Notes under the pieces: generated by a model
What the model was told of the DNA's origin: nothing
The model's database searches: none
Seen by the model: the letters and a program-made list of their open reading frames with translations, nothing else
Part shown: positions 42,393 to 51,465 of the stretch, piece after piece
Layout of the letters: the number at the start of each line of letters is the position of its first letter
Numbering within the stretch: position 1 is the first letter of the stretch
Virus record (IMG/VR): IMGVR_UViG_3300045988_088058
Span: 1-56,846 of that record
Source of the DNA: a virus
Length of the DNA stretch: 56,846 nucleotides
Direction: 5' to 3' (one strand)
Made by a program: the position numbers and the translations under genes

Positions 42393-43628
42393 TTAAGGGC
42401 GAGGGCGACGAGAAGGCGCTGGAGTTTTTCGAGTAGGTTTTGCAACTGCTTTAGGTTTCTGCGTCCGTTTGATGTACTCAGCTTCAGTAATTGGTTCCCA
42501 AGTTTCTTCATCATATTCTTCAGGCAAGCGTTCGCCTTTTGCTAGCTTGTAAACCTTTCCTTCAAGTTCGTAGAAGAAGTCTTCTTCTAATACAGGACAC
42601 ATTGCATCCATGTATTCTTCTTCGTCTACAAGAATGTCGCTGTCGTCGTCAGGCTCGTTTTCTTCCTTCTTGTAGTAAACATCTGCGACTTGACTATAGA
42701 AGTAGTAGACGACACGAACATGTCCAGCAGGTGCTACCACGTTGTCATCGACTTCTTCTACTTTAGGTTCTGGTTCAGGTTCTTCTGCCTTTTCAGCTTT
42801 TTTAGGCATACGAATTTTAGAAGATTTCTTAGGCTGCTCTTCTACCACTTCTTCGTTTGGAGCGGATTTTCGACGTCGAGTGATTCCAGCCTTAGGTTCT
42901 TCATTAGCTTCCTCAACTACCTCTTCCTTAGGCGCAGGCTTCTTACGTGAAGTCTTTTTAGGCTTTTCTTCAACAAATTCTTCATGCCCAACTTCAGGAT
43001 CAGCTTCAGGATCAGTTTCAGTTTGAGCGTATTCGAAATTCTCATTTTCGATGACGTAAGTGGCTGCCATGTCTGCGCGATGAATCAGGAAAGCAAGTGG
43101 ATTAGTCTCAAAGGCTGCTCCGCATCCATTCAAATTTGCATAAGGACTAATATCATAGGCTCCCATATGCCAGAAAATTGCTTGCGCTTCCATTGTAGTA
43201 AGGTGAATGAATCGTTGAAGAAGGAAATTAGATTTCGCTCCGTGCCCCATTGTAAGTTGTTCAGGATCGTATTCATATGCTAAATAGCTTTCCCACTGAC
43301 CGTCAGCGTCCTTACGCCATTTTTCAGTTTCGCGATATTGACCTACTTTGCAAAGGTCGTGGAATAGTGCTACAATTGCAACTGACTCCATCGGATATAG
43401 ATCTTCCCAGCCCTTTCCTACTACGGTATCAAGTTCGAAAAGCATTTGATTGAACACATTTAATGAATGCTCAACAAGTCCGCCTTCGTAGCTTCCGTGG
43501 TATCGAGTGCTTGCAGGGCTCGTGAAGAAGTTAGTTTCATTTTCGAGCCACTCCATAAGGTTGTCAATTCCGTCACGATCAATTGTTTCTGTTACTGCTT
43601 TCTTGAAGCGTTTTTTAAAGTCTGTCAT
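42393..43628 (-). CDS. HD-domain metal-dependent phosphohydrolase fused to a Lys/Glu/Pro-rich linker and a C-terminal domain
   Basis: 411 aa. HD motifs STRYHGSYEGGLVEHSLNV and ALFHDLCKV. Residues about 205-300 are low complexity, with repeated KKPAPKEEVVEE / RKSAPNEEVVEE. Confidence 0.7.
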   Translation of the reverse strand: MTDFKKRFKKAVTETIDRDGIDNLMEWLENETNFFTSPASTRYHGSYEGGLVEHSLNVFNQMLFELDTVVGKGWEDLYPMESVAIVALFHDLCKVGQYRETEKWRKDADGQWESYLAYEYDPEQLTMGHGAKSNFLLQRFIHLTTMEAQAIFWHMGAYDISPYANLNGCGAAFETNPLAFLIHRADMAATYVIENENFEYAQTETDPEADPEVGHEEFVEEKPKKTSRKKPAPKEEVVEEANEEPKAGITRRRKSAPNEEVVEEQPKKSSKIRMPKKAEKAEEPEPEPKVEEVDDNVVAPAGHVRVVYYFYSQVADVYYKKEENEPDDDSDILVDEEEYMDAMCPVLEEDFFYELEGKVYKLAKGERLPEEYDEETWEPITEAEYIKRTQKPKAVAKPTRKTPAPSRRPRP

Positions 43629-43768
43629 AGTAGACTCCTTTCATTTTCTATAATATAACTGATTGAAGTATCTGTTCCGTACTTCTTTTTTAAATACTCG
43701 AGAAATTCAATATTCCCGACCATAACTACTCTTACCTTTTGCGGGCTATTTACCGCAACTTTTGTCAT
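43625..43768 (-). CDS. Unlisted 47-aa ORF (MTKVAVNSPQKVRVVMVGNIEFLEYLKKKYGTDTSISYIIENERSLL), possible ribbon-helix-helix protein
   Basis: Strong RBS AAAGGAGG 7 nt upstream of the ATG at 43768. The stop overlaps the HD gene start (ATGA). It is below the ORF-track length cutoff. Confidence 0.5.
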   Translation of the reverse strand: MTKVAVNSPQKVRVVMVGNIEFLEYLKKKYGTDTSISYIIENERSLL

Positions 43769-43794
43769 AGGCTGTCCTCCTTTGCTTATACTGT

Positions 43795-43824
43795 ACTATA
43801 CACAGATTTCAGCCTATTTGTTAA
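43795..43824 (-). promoter_or_regulatory. Class II promoter: TTAACA-N18-TATAGT
   Basis: Minus strand reads ACTTAACAAATAGGCTGAAATCTGTGTATAGT. It overlaps the holA-like stop codon. Confidence 0.4.
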
Positions 43825-44714
43825 GTAAGTGAAAAAATTTTATACAAAGAAATGTAGACAGCTGAACTCTCTGTGTACCGACCATTCTTAATTCCTTCAA
43901 TTGCTTGGCCTAATATGCTCATGCCTTCGAAAGCCGAGTCTAATTTGTATTGAAAGTTATATACAATCTTATTGATTAAGAACTGCTTAATTCCCAAATT
44001 AGATTCTTTAGGCTCGTCTGCTCCTAATACAAGACAGGCGTTATTGAAGTTTTGATAAAGCAAGGTAAGCAACCCAATAGGACTTTCACCTTTTGCCAAA
44101 AGTTCAGTGACTTTTATAATTGCCTGCTCCGGCCTATATTCAAGTACATCATCGACTAGGCTGAAAATATCAATTTCTGTCTTGTGCTTGACAATAGATT
44201 CAACTACTGATGCGTCGACATTTTTCAATCGCGACAGCTTGTCAAGTTCATTGTCAATTCTAGAATAGTCATTTAGACAGAACTGAATAACCATGTCAAT
44301 CATGTTCCTGTCAACAGTCGAGTATTTAGACACAAAGTGCCTTTTCAACTGCGCGTCAGTCATTTTCTCAAACTCAACACAATTATCAGGAAAGGCTTTT
44401 AGCAACTTGCTTCGCTTGTCAATTTTAGTTACCATCAAAACAAGTGTCCCATATCGAACATCTGGAAGTCGTTTCCATCTCGCCTCATTAGCAAGGAACT
44501 CCTTGTCATCCCTAACAGCAAATATTCTATGATTTGAGACAAGGCCTTTTTGAGTAAGAGTCTTCCATACAGTAGACACCAACTGCTCTCGAACTACGTT
44601 GCCCATTTGATTGAGATATACGTTCATAAGGCCAATTTCTTCGCCATAAAGAATATAAAATGGCTTCAAATTATTAGTTCGAATGTCTTTTTGAAAAGAT
44701 ACTAAATCACTCAA
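43821..44714 (-). CDS. holA: Clamp-loader delta subunit (HolA-like)
   Basis: 297 aa. The N-terminus LKPFYILYGEEIGL is typical of DNA pol III delta. Last of three consecutive clamp-loader genes. Confidence 0.6.
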   Translation of the reverse strand: MSDLVSFQKDIRTNNLKPFYILYGEEIGLMNVYLNQMGNVVREQLVSTVWKTLTQKGLVSNHRIFAVRDDKEFLANEARWKRLPDVRYGTLVLMVTKIDKRSKLLKAFPDNCVEFEKMTDAQLKRHFVSKYSTVDRNMIDMVIQFCLNDYSRIDNELDKLSRLKNVDASVVESIVKHKTEIDIFSLVDDVLEYRPEQAIIKVTELLAKGESPIGLLTLLYQNFNNACLVLGADEPKESNLGIKQFLINKIVYNFQYKLDSAFEGMSILGQAIEGIKNGRYTESSAVYISLYKIFSLT

Positions 44715-45543
44715 CTTTAATCCTCCTGATAAATTCGTTTACGCAGACACGCGCATTTGAACCTTTTTTAGAAACCTTTCGAAGGCACCTGGAAGCCTCT
44801 CTTACTAAAAGGTCGTGAGCTTGTATTTCATCAAAAGTCATTTCTTTGTAGTTCTTTCGAATAACAATTGTCGACCAATTTAGCAGACAATTGAGAAAGA
44901 GTTTTGGTTCAATTTTCCCTTCGTCAGCTTCTTTGAACTTGAGCCAATTAGTGACCTTCAACGAATTGCTGGCACTTGCCTCCCAGATTAAATCATAAAA
45001 TGTCGTCACCTTTTCGAAAATTTCTTCCGCTCCATACACCAGTATGTCTTCTAGCATTTGAAGGTTACTAGCAAGATTGCAATAATCAACAATTGCACGA
45101 CCGTCAAGTCCTGAAGTATCTATCTTCTTATAAGACTTGACAAACAGAATCTTTTCTTCGCTAGTATAGGGCAACATTGTTAGAACCTTTGCTCGACTTG
45201 CAAGCGTAGGCAAGGCATTGTTAATGCTATCAACTGTCATAGCTATATGACAATTTAAAGGCGGTTCTTCAGCTATTTTCAAAAGCGAATTTAATGCAGA
45301 CATTGAAAGGTTATTTCCATCTATCACATAAATTCGTGACTTAAAAATAGACCGAGCGTCTTCAATAATATTTCGAATATCATCTACGCTAGTTCCTACG
45401 ACAATGGAGTCTGCGTCAAATTTAGACGAAATATATCGAACCAGTGTTTTTCGACCCGAGCCTACCTCGCCTTCGACGATTATAAATTTTGGGAGCTGTT
45501 CCCATTTAGAGATAGTAGATTTAACAATCTCTTGTCCAATCAT
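44707..45543 (-). CDS. holB: Clamp-loader delta-prime-like AAA+ subunit
   Basis: 278 aa. P-loop VEGEVGSGRKTL. Sits between the dnaX-like and holA-like genes. Confidence 0.55.
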   Translation of the reverse strand: MIGQEIVKSTISKWEQLPKFIIVEGEVGSGRKTLVRYISSKFDADSIVVGTSVDDIRNIIEDARSIFKSRIYVIDGNNLSMSALNSLLKIAEEPPLNCHIAMTVDSINNALPTLASRAKVLTMLPYTSEEKILFVKSYKKIDTSGLDGRAIVDYCNLASNLQMLEDILVYGAEEIFEKVTTFYDLIWEASASNSLKVTNWLKFKEADEGKIEPKLFLNCLLNWSTIVIRKNYKEMTFDEIQAHDLLVREASRCLRKVSKKGSNARVCVNEFIRRIKVE

Positions 45544-45544
45544 A

Positions 45545-46570
45545 TCACTCCTCCTTACTCATTAAAAGAAGCTTCGTTTCAATTATTGGCTTAGCATTAG
45601 GTTCCCACTTAACAACTCCAGCAAGTTCATTCATTTCTTCAAGCATCCACAATATCGTAGCATATTGAAAGGCTTCACAGAAATATTCTAACTTGCTTTC
45701 AAAATGAGCAGGAAGCTGAGTGATGGAAATATCGCGAACTAGCCAATACTTGCAAACTTCTAAAAGGAAATCCGTGAAGTTTCGAGTAACTAATTTCAGG
45801 TCTTTTCCTGAATAGTGGAAGTCGTTTACAATTTCCAAGCATTTAGATCCGTCATAGTTGGCAATGGCTTCAACAAGTGAAGCGAATGTTTCATAGTCAG
45901 GAACTCCTAGTGCATTAGAAACGGCTTCCATATCTACGTGATGGCTATAATCTAGAACTTTTTCTAGCCTAGTTATGCTGTCACGCATTCCGCCATTTGC
46001 AAGTTTACCAATAAACGAAAGAGCGTCACGCTCATAACTATAATTAGCGCCTTCTTCGTTCTCGCTTTCGATAATAAATTCAAGCTGATTGACGATGTCA
46101 TCATTATCAATTCGAGTGAAGTCAAATCGCTGAACACGACTGAGAATAGTGTCAGGAATTTTTTGTGGGTCAGTAGTACATAGAATGAACACGGTTCCAG
46201 ACGAAGGTTCTTCTAGTGTTTTCAAAAGGGCATTGAATGCTCCAGTTGAAAGCATATGAACCTCGTCGATGATATAAACCTTGAACTCACTATCCATAGC
46301 CTTATATCTAGAATCTTCAATAATGTTTCGAACATTTTCTACTCCGTTATTAGAAGCGGCATCAATTTCAATAGGAGAACCGAGTCCTTTATTCACGTCC
46401 TTTGCAAAAATTCGAGCCGTAGTAGTTTTCCCAGTTCCAGCTCCTCCACAAAATAGATATCCGTGTTTAATTGCACCATTTTGCAACTGATTTAAAAGAA
46501 TTTCTTTGACATATTCTTGTGCTACAACCTCCTCGAATGTTTGAGGACGGTATTTAGAAGCTAAATTCAT
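45545..46570 (-). CDS. dnaX: Clamp-loader ATPase (DNA pol III gamma/tau, DnaX-like)
   Basis: 341 aa. Walker A GGAGTGKTTTARIFA, Walker B YIIDEVHMLS, sensor/SRC region ILSRVQRFDF. Confidence 0.85.
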   Translation of the reverse strand: MNLASKYRPQTFEEVVAQEYVKEILLNQLQNGAIKHGYLFCGGAGTGKTTTARIFAKDVNKGLGSPIEIDAASNNGVENVRNIIEDSRYKAMDSEFKVYIIDEVHMLSTGAFNALLKTLEEPSSGTVFILCTTDPQKIPDTILSRVQRFDFTRIDNDDIVNQLEFIIESENEEGANYSYERDALSFIGKLANGGMRDSITRLEKVLDYSHHVDMEAVSNALGVPDYETFASLVEAIANYDGSKCLEIVNDFHYSGKDLKLVTRNFTDFLLEVCKYWLVRDISITQLPAHFESKLEYFCEAFQYATILWMLEEMNELAGVVKWEPNAKPIIETKLLLMSKEE

Positions 46571-46926
46571 TTTCTTAAAAGCCTTTCTGCAACCCTTACA
46601 GCAAACGGACAGTCGTAAGGAAGCCCCATTCCAGTATTTCCATCAAACTGCTTAAATTCCTTATAGAGAACAGTTTGACGAAACTCTTCAGGGTGTTTAA
46701 CCATTAAGGAGTACAGTTCGTGGCTCCACTTGTCATACTGCCCGTCTGCTATAATTGAGTCATTAAAATAATAATAGATACAACTATGGACAAGAACTTG
46801 ACGCTCTCTGCGGTTCATAAGCTCAACCACTTGTCCATCAATTGGTTTTTTAGGTTTCGGAACGGTTCTTGCCTTCCGCTTGACAACCGGAGGACCAGGT
46901 TTCGAACCAAATAGCGATTTCTGCAC
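46567..46926 (-). CDS. Hypothetical protein
   Basis: 119 aa with a basic N-terminus. The segment HSCIYYYFNDSIIADGQYDKWSHEL loosely recalls the YY..D.P.ISD.EYD helix of the NAD-ligase Ia domain. No call is made. Confidence 0.5.
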   Translation of the reverse strand: MQKSLFGSKPGPPVVKRKARTVPKPKKPIDGQVVELMNRRERQVLVHSCIYYYFNDSIIADGQYDKWSHELYSLMVKHPEEFRQTVLYKEFKQFDGNTGMGLPYDCPFAVRVAERLLRK

Positions 46927-48086
46927 TAACTTTCTTCCTGAGTAATGATATTGTGAACCGCAGTCATTATCATATCAAATAAATAGTCATCTTCCTTGAG
47001 GCGTCTAACTAGATTAGCCTTACCTTGGAACTTCAACGGCTCTTCGTCTTCATCTGCCATAATTTCTCCAGTTTCAAGGTCGACTATACTGAACCAAGCT
47101 CCTGCTTTTTGAATAACTCCAAACTCAACTGCAACATCTACAAGGTCATTTTCAATTTGAATCCCTTCGTGATATGAAAGAGTGTAGGAAACCAATTTTC
47201 TATCAGGCTTGAATGCTTTAGTCTTTTCGACGAATGACTCTACAATATTTCCGGCAGGGTTTCGAGCAGTTCGTGTTAAAGATGCTCCGTTTTCGTCAAG
47301 GTAATCGCCTTTTCTAAATTTCAATCGAACTGCACAAGCATGCTTCCACATCTTTCCGCCTGGAGTAGAGTAGGCATTGTACTGACTATTCATATCTTCG
47401 CGGATTTGGTTGATGCCTAAGAAAATAGCATTGTACCTAGTGAGAAGAGGAGTGACTTTTCGACTGAATTCAGTAAGCGGAGCCGATATTCCTGCATAGG
47501 CTTTTTTGGTAAGTTCTTCGTCTATAAGATTTTGGCTTACCATGTAAGGTAACGAGTCAAGGACTACTAGCCCGACTTCACCTGTTTCAAAAATGTCTAG
47601 AACGTATTGAAGTATTTCCTCAGCACTATTCATTTCAGGTCGAACGATCCACATATTATCGACATCAACGCCTATTTTCTTCGCCCACTCAGTGTCTAAT
47701 GTATTTTCAAGGTCGAGGTACACAATTTTGAGAGGCTCCTGTAAGCTATCAAGTTGCATTTCAAGTTCCTTGATAGCAGTCTTGCTAGCTTTAGACGCAC
47801 GCGCATTTTCCAGCTTTTCCTTGAGTTCTTCAGTCTTCTGTTCCCACTCCTGCTCGAATACCATTTGCGCATTCTTGACAATGTCGAGAGCTGAAGTAGT
47901 CTTACCACTTGACTCAGGACCGAAAAATTCAACTACCCTTTTTCGAGGAAGTCCACCATAGGTTTGATAATTCATAGAAGGAGCAGAAAAAGGAATTCTT
48001 GGAAGAGCTTCACGTTCAAGTCCTTGAACTGCTACAAGAGCTTTCGAATCCTTATTCCAATCCTTCATCAACTGTTCTAGTTTCAT
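46926..48086 (-). CDS. recA: RecA-family recombinase
   Basis: 386 aa. FFGPESSGKTTSALDIV (compare E. coli IYGPESSGKTTLTL) and Walker B LVVLDSL. Confidence 0.85.
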   Translation of the reverse strand: MKLEQLMKDWNKDSKALVAVQGLEREALPRIPFSAPSMNYQTYGGLPRKRVVEFFGPESSGKTTSALDIVKNAQMVFEQEWEQKTEELKEKLENARASKASKTAIKELEMQLDSLQEPLKIVYLDLENTLDTEWAKKIGVDVDNMWIVRPEMNSAEEILQYVLDIFETGEVGLVVLDSLPYMVSQNLIDEELTKKAYAGISAPLTEFSRKVTPLLTRYNAIFLGINQIREDMNSQYNAYSTPGGKMWKHACAVRLKFRKGDYLDENGASLTRTARNPAGNIVESFVEKTKAFKPDRKLVSYTLSYHEGIQIENDLVDVAVEFGVIQKAGAWFSIVDLETGEIMADEDEEPLKFQGKANLVRRLKEDDYLFDMIMTAVHNIITQEES

Positions 48087-48577
48087 TAGAAATCACCTGT
48101 GCTTCCATGTCCTCCTCGAGCCACATTTCCTAAAGATTCTACGAAATTGAACTTGATAGCAGGTTGCTTTTCTTGAATTCTAAATTGGGCAATTCTTTGG
48201 TCGTAGAAGATATCTGCGTCACGAGTAGCATACCAAACTGAGAACCATTCATCAGTGTCGCCTTTGTAACCTTCGTCAATCACTCCACTCGAAACAAATA
48301 CTAGTCCAGTTTTCCTGAAAAGACTTGAACGAGGGTGCAAGATAGCTTCATGTCCTTTAGGTAGCTCTAAAGCAAAGCCGTGTGCAATTTTAATGCTTTC
48401 ACCGGCTGCGACTGAATAAACCTGCCCTTTTTGAAGAACTGTTCGACATTTTGAAACCTGATTGTCGTCAGCGTCGATTCTAGTAATTGCACTGACTCGA
48501 ACATCTACCCAATCACCTGTAAATTTTAATCGGTCAAGTTTCAGGTCAATCATTTTCACGTTTACGTCTTTTGACAT
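48086..48577 (-). CDS. dut: Trimeric dUTPase
   Basis: 163 aa. Motifs HPRSSL, GVIDEGYKGD, RIAQF and C-terminal RGGHGSTG. Confidence 0.85.
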   Translation of the reverse strand: MSKDVNVKMIDLKLDRLKFTGDWVDVRVSAITRIDADDNQVSKCRTVLQKGQVYSVAAGESIKIAHGFALELPKGHEAILHPRSSLFRKTGLVFVSSGVIDEGYKGDTDEWFSVWYATRDADIFYDQRIAQFRIQEKQPAIKFNFVESLGNVARGGHGSTGDF

Positions 48578-49112
48578 TTAATACTCCTTTTGAATTATTA
48601 GATTGAGTTTCTAACTCTGCTAGTTGCCATGTTTGAATACGTTTTAAAGATGCTAATACTTTGTCAGCTTGCTCAAGTTTTAATTGAACTTTTTTGTAAG
48701 CCCGTTTATAAGCATTTTCAATAACTTCTTCATTCATAACAAGTTTTCTAGTTTCAGCTTGCTTATCAGGAATAGTTTTCCCGGCGGCTAAAATATAAAG
48801 ATTATCGTACTTTTCTTTTCGAATTGCAGAACTTGAATCCATTTGAATTCCAACCATTTCTGCTCGGTCTGCTGCAAAATATAGAAGAGTAGGAAGATAG
48901 CCTATATAGTAATTTAAGTCTTCTATAACGACGGGATTCTGACTTACGACAAATTGAATTTCTTCCATTGCCTGGTCAAGTGGACCACAGGCTGCTTGGA
49001 CAATTTCATCTACGACTTTATTGATAATATCACCATAAGAATCCGCTACATTTTGAGCATCACGGATTTCCTCTTCGCGTATATCAATTTGAGGTAATTT
49101 AGGTCTTGCCAT
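48546..49112 (-). CDS. Hypothetical protein
   Basis: Start trimmed to MARPKLPQ (ATG 49112) behind AAGGAGAG. 188 aa, helical. Confidence 0.5.
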   Translation of the reverse strand: MARPKLPQIDIREEEIRDAQNVADSYGDIINKVVDEIVQAACGPLDQAMEEIQFVVSQNPVVIEDLNYYIGYLPTLLYFAADRAEMVGIQMDSSSAIRKEKYDNLYILAAGKTIPDKQAETRKLVMNEEVIENAYKRAYKKVQLKLEQADKVLASLKRIQTWQLAELETQSNNSKGVLNVKRRKREND

Positions 49113-49590
49113 CTTGTCTCTCCTTGTAATGAAGCTCAACTGCATCTAGAACATTTTGGAAAGGAATGGTCAATCTAGTTCGACGCTTCTTGTAAGAAAC
49201 TTCATACCCTGCATCGATGAAGTTCGGGTTGACGCTTCTAACTCCAGACCGTTTAATTTTCTCAAGGCTTGAAATTGGATACCATATAATCTTTTCATGC
49301 TTTTGGAAATACACTAAAATTCCGGCGAGAATAAATTTGCATCCATCTGCGCGTGATAACTGGAACCATTGATTTTCAGTAATATTGTTGAAACTCAAAG
49401 AAGCTTCTTTAGTAGTTTTCAGTTCAATAAACAAGGTTCCAAAGTTAGTTGCGGCTATATAATCGCAGGGATTTGCAACTCCTCGAAATCCATTAGTGGT
49501 ATCATATAGACGGACCGTAAAAGCATCTTTCTCAAAGTTCTTTGCGCCTTCGAAGAAATCCTCTTCAAACATTTTTCCAGTATAGCTCAA
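49099..49590 (-). CDS. recU: RecU-type Holliday junction resolvase
   Basis: 163 aa. NPCDYIAATNFGTLFIELKTTK...ITENQWFQL matches the RecU D...E-x-K core and the downstream Q motif. Confidence 0.7.
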   Translation of the reverse strand: MSYTGKMFEEDFFEGAKNFEKDAFTVRLYDTTNGFRGVANPCDYIAATNFGTLFIELKTTKEASLSFNNITENQWFQLSRADGCKFILAGILVYFQKHEKIIWYPISSLEKIKRSGVRSVNPNFIDAGYEVSYKKRRTRLTIPFQNVLDAVELHYKERQDGKT

Positions 49591-50363
49591 AGATTTCTAC
49601 CTTCCTTTCTGCAGTATGGGCAATAAGCTGAAGAACAATAGATTTTAGGACTTTCGCCTTTCTCTACATACTCTTCGCAGGTTGTAAGTTTTTCAAGAAC
49701 TTGATTTTTCATTTCATCAGTGATGTGAAAAGTATAGGCTTTCTTTTCGAAGTTATCTCGATTTTCATAGAGAAACATGACATCGTCAACTCCTAGACAC
49801 ATTCCGTAGCAAGTGGCCTGCATTTTATGCTCTTCATATGGCTCAGTATGCTTAGTGAACTTGAACATAGTTTCAGTCTTAATCTCTAAAATATAGAGCT
49901 TGCCTCTGTATCGAATCAGTCCATCACATAGAAATGAGAGTTGAAGAAGCTCGTTCTTACACTTGGTTTCATAGTCGTTTTTCTTGAAGCGCTCGTCGAC
50001 AATAGTTCCCTCAACGGGATTTTTATCTAAAAATTCTGCTACATTTAACCACTCAAAGTCGTTTTCGATTGAGGACATTTTAACGAGATATTCTTGAAGA
50101 ACCTCATGCCTAAAAGTTCCAGCTTCGCCCATTGCTACAAGATTAGAATCGGCGTTGCTTCGAATAGCTTGACCAGTTCTTTCAAAGTACATTTGACGAA
50201 GACATCCTCCTACACCGCTAGGCTTATAATAAGTCGAAGGTTTATACTCAGGTTGCGTCCTTTCAATAACCTGCGTCAGTGAATTGACAAAAGAGGAAGC
50301 AGGACCTTCACTATTTCCTGCTCTGACCATCTTTGCAATTCTAGTTAAATTAGACTTAACCAT
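49587..50363 (-). CDS. Cas4/RecB-like PD-(D/E)xK exonuclease with a 4-Cys cluster
   Basis: 258 aa. N-terminal Cys in GGCLRQMYF, nuclease core LYILEIKT, C-terminal CSSAYCPYC. Confidence 0.7.
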   Translation of the reverse strand: MVKSNLTRIAKMVRAGNSEGPASSFVNSLTQVIERTQPEYKPSTYYKPSGVGGCLRQMYFERTGQAIRSNADSNLVAMGEAGTFRHEVLQEYLVKMSSIENDFEWLNVAEFLDKNPVEGTIVDERFKKNDYETKCKNELLQLSFLCDGLIRYRGKLYILEIKTETMFKFTKHTEPYEEHKMQATCYGMCLGVDDVMFLYENRDNFEKKAYTFHITDEMKNQVLEKLTTCEEYVEKGESPKIYCSSAYCPYCRKEGRNL

Positions 50364-51436
50364 TATTCTTCAGGTTCTTGAAGCGCCAAGAAGTAAATGA
50401 CACCGTTCGAGGAAATCTTAATTGCGTTTTCGCTTCCATAAGAGACAGTGAAGTTTTCTTCGGTGACAGTTGATACAATTTCCTTCAAAAGCAAGCTATT
50501 AAGGTGGCAAGTGAATTCCTTTTTCGAAACCTTTTTCCCTGCGGCTGGGTAAACAATGTCTTCATAACTGCTTGTAGAAGTCTTAATTCGAAGTCGATCT
50601 TTTAAGAAAAGAAGTTCGACAGTTCCTTTATCGAAAGCAGAAGTGAACAGCACAAGACGATCTAATACGCTCATGATTTGTGAAGTAGGAACGGCTGCGT
50701 CGTCAATGAACTCGATTTGGTCAAGCTGTGACACGTCTTCATAGTCTTCCATTCCTTCCATCAATTTTCCGTAAATTTCAACTGAAGCGGATGAAATGTA
50801 AACCGTATTGCTATCAATTTGCCAGAAGTACATTTTCTCGTCAGGAACGCCAGCGAGAATTGCCATCAGGTTGTAAGGAATAAGCATCTCTAATTCCTTT
50901 TCTTCGATAGGGTTGATACATACGCGAATAATGTCTGTCGTAATTGCTTTGCTGTCTTTAAGCAAGAATCCTGTATAAATTCCATCCGCCCCTGATTTAG
51001 ATACCGCAGAATCGTTGATATTAGCAATTCCGTAGAATAATGAACTTTTCAAGGTAAGAGCATTTTCTTCTGTCACATCTTCGAGCAAGTGGTCAAATGT
51101 AGGATACTCTTCATCTTCTGTAACGATATCGATATTATATTCACCGTTCCCGATAACCTTCAACGAAGACTCTTCAGGGACTAAGGTAATAGTTGCAGCA
51201 GTGGTCTTTTCTACAAGTTTTCCAAACTGCTCAGCTTTCACAATCACGTCAATTTCAACGTCGCTGTCAATGATACAGCGAAGGAAATTAGATCCATCAT
51301 ATGCGGTGAACATAACACATTCACCGTCACCAAAAATATGCCAATAGTTTGTAATCTCTAGCAACTTGCTAGGTTTCAACTTATTGAGCTGCGAAACAAT
51401 TTTCGAAAGTTCTTCAGTCTTGAACTTAATACTCAT
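50363..51436 (-). CDS. dnaN: DNA polymerase III beta-type sliding clamp
   Basis: 357 aa (beta-clamp size). The N-terminal layout with TAYDGSNFL resembles the ATD.E motif. It occurs together with the clamp-loader genes. Confidence 0.55.
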   Translation of the reverse strand: MSIKFKTEELSKIVSQLNKLKPSKLLEITNYWHIFGDGECVMFTAYDGSNFLRCIIDSDVEIDVIVKAEQFGKLVEKTTAATITLVPEESSLKVIGNGEYNIDIVTEDEEYPTFDHLLEDVTEENALTLKSSLFYGIANINDSAVSKSGADGIYTGFLLKDSKAITTDIIRVCINPIEEKELEMLIPYNLMAILAGVPDEKMYFWQIDSNTVYISSASVEIYGKLMEGMEDYEDVSQLDQIEFIDDAAVPTSQIMSVLDRLVLFTSAFDKGTVELLFLKDRLRIKTSTSSYEDIVYPAAGKKVSKKEFTCHLNSLLLKEIVSTVTEENFTVSYGSENAIKISSNGVIYFLALQEPEE

Positions 51437-51465
51437 AATATGAGCCTCCTTTTCTTGATATATAT

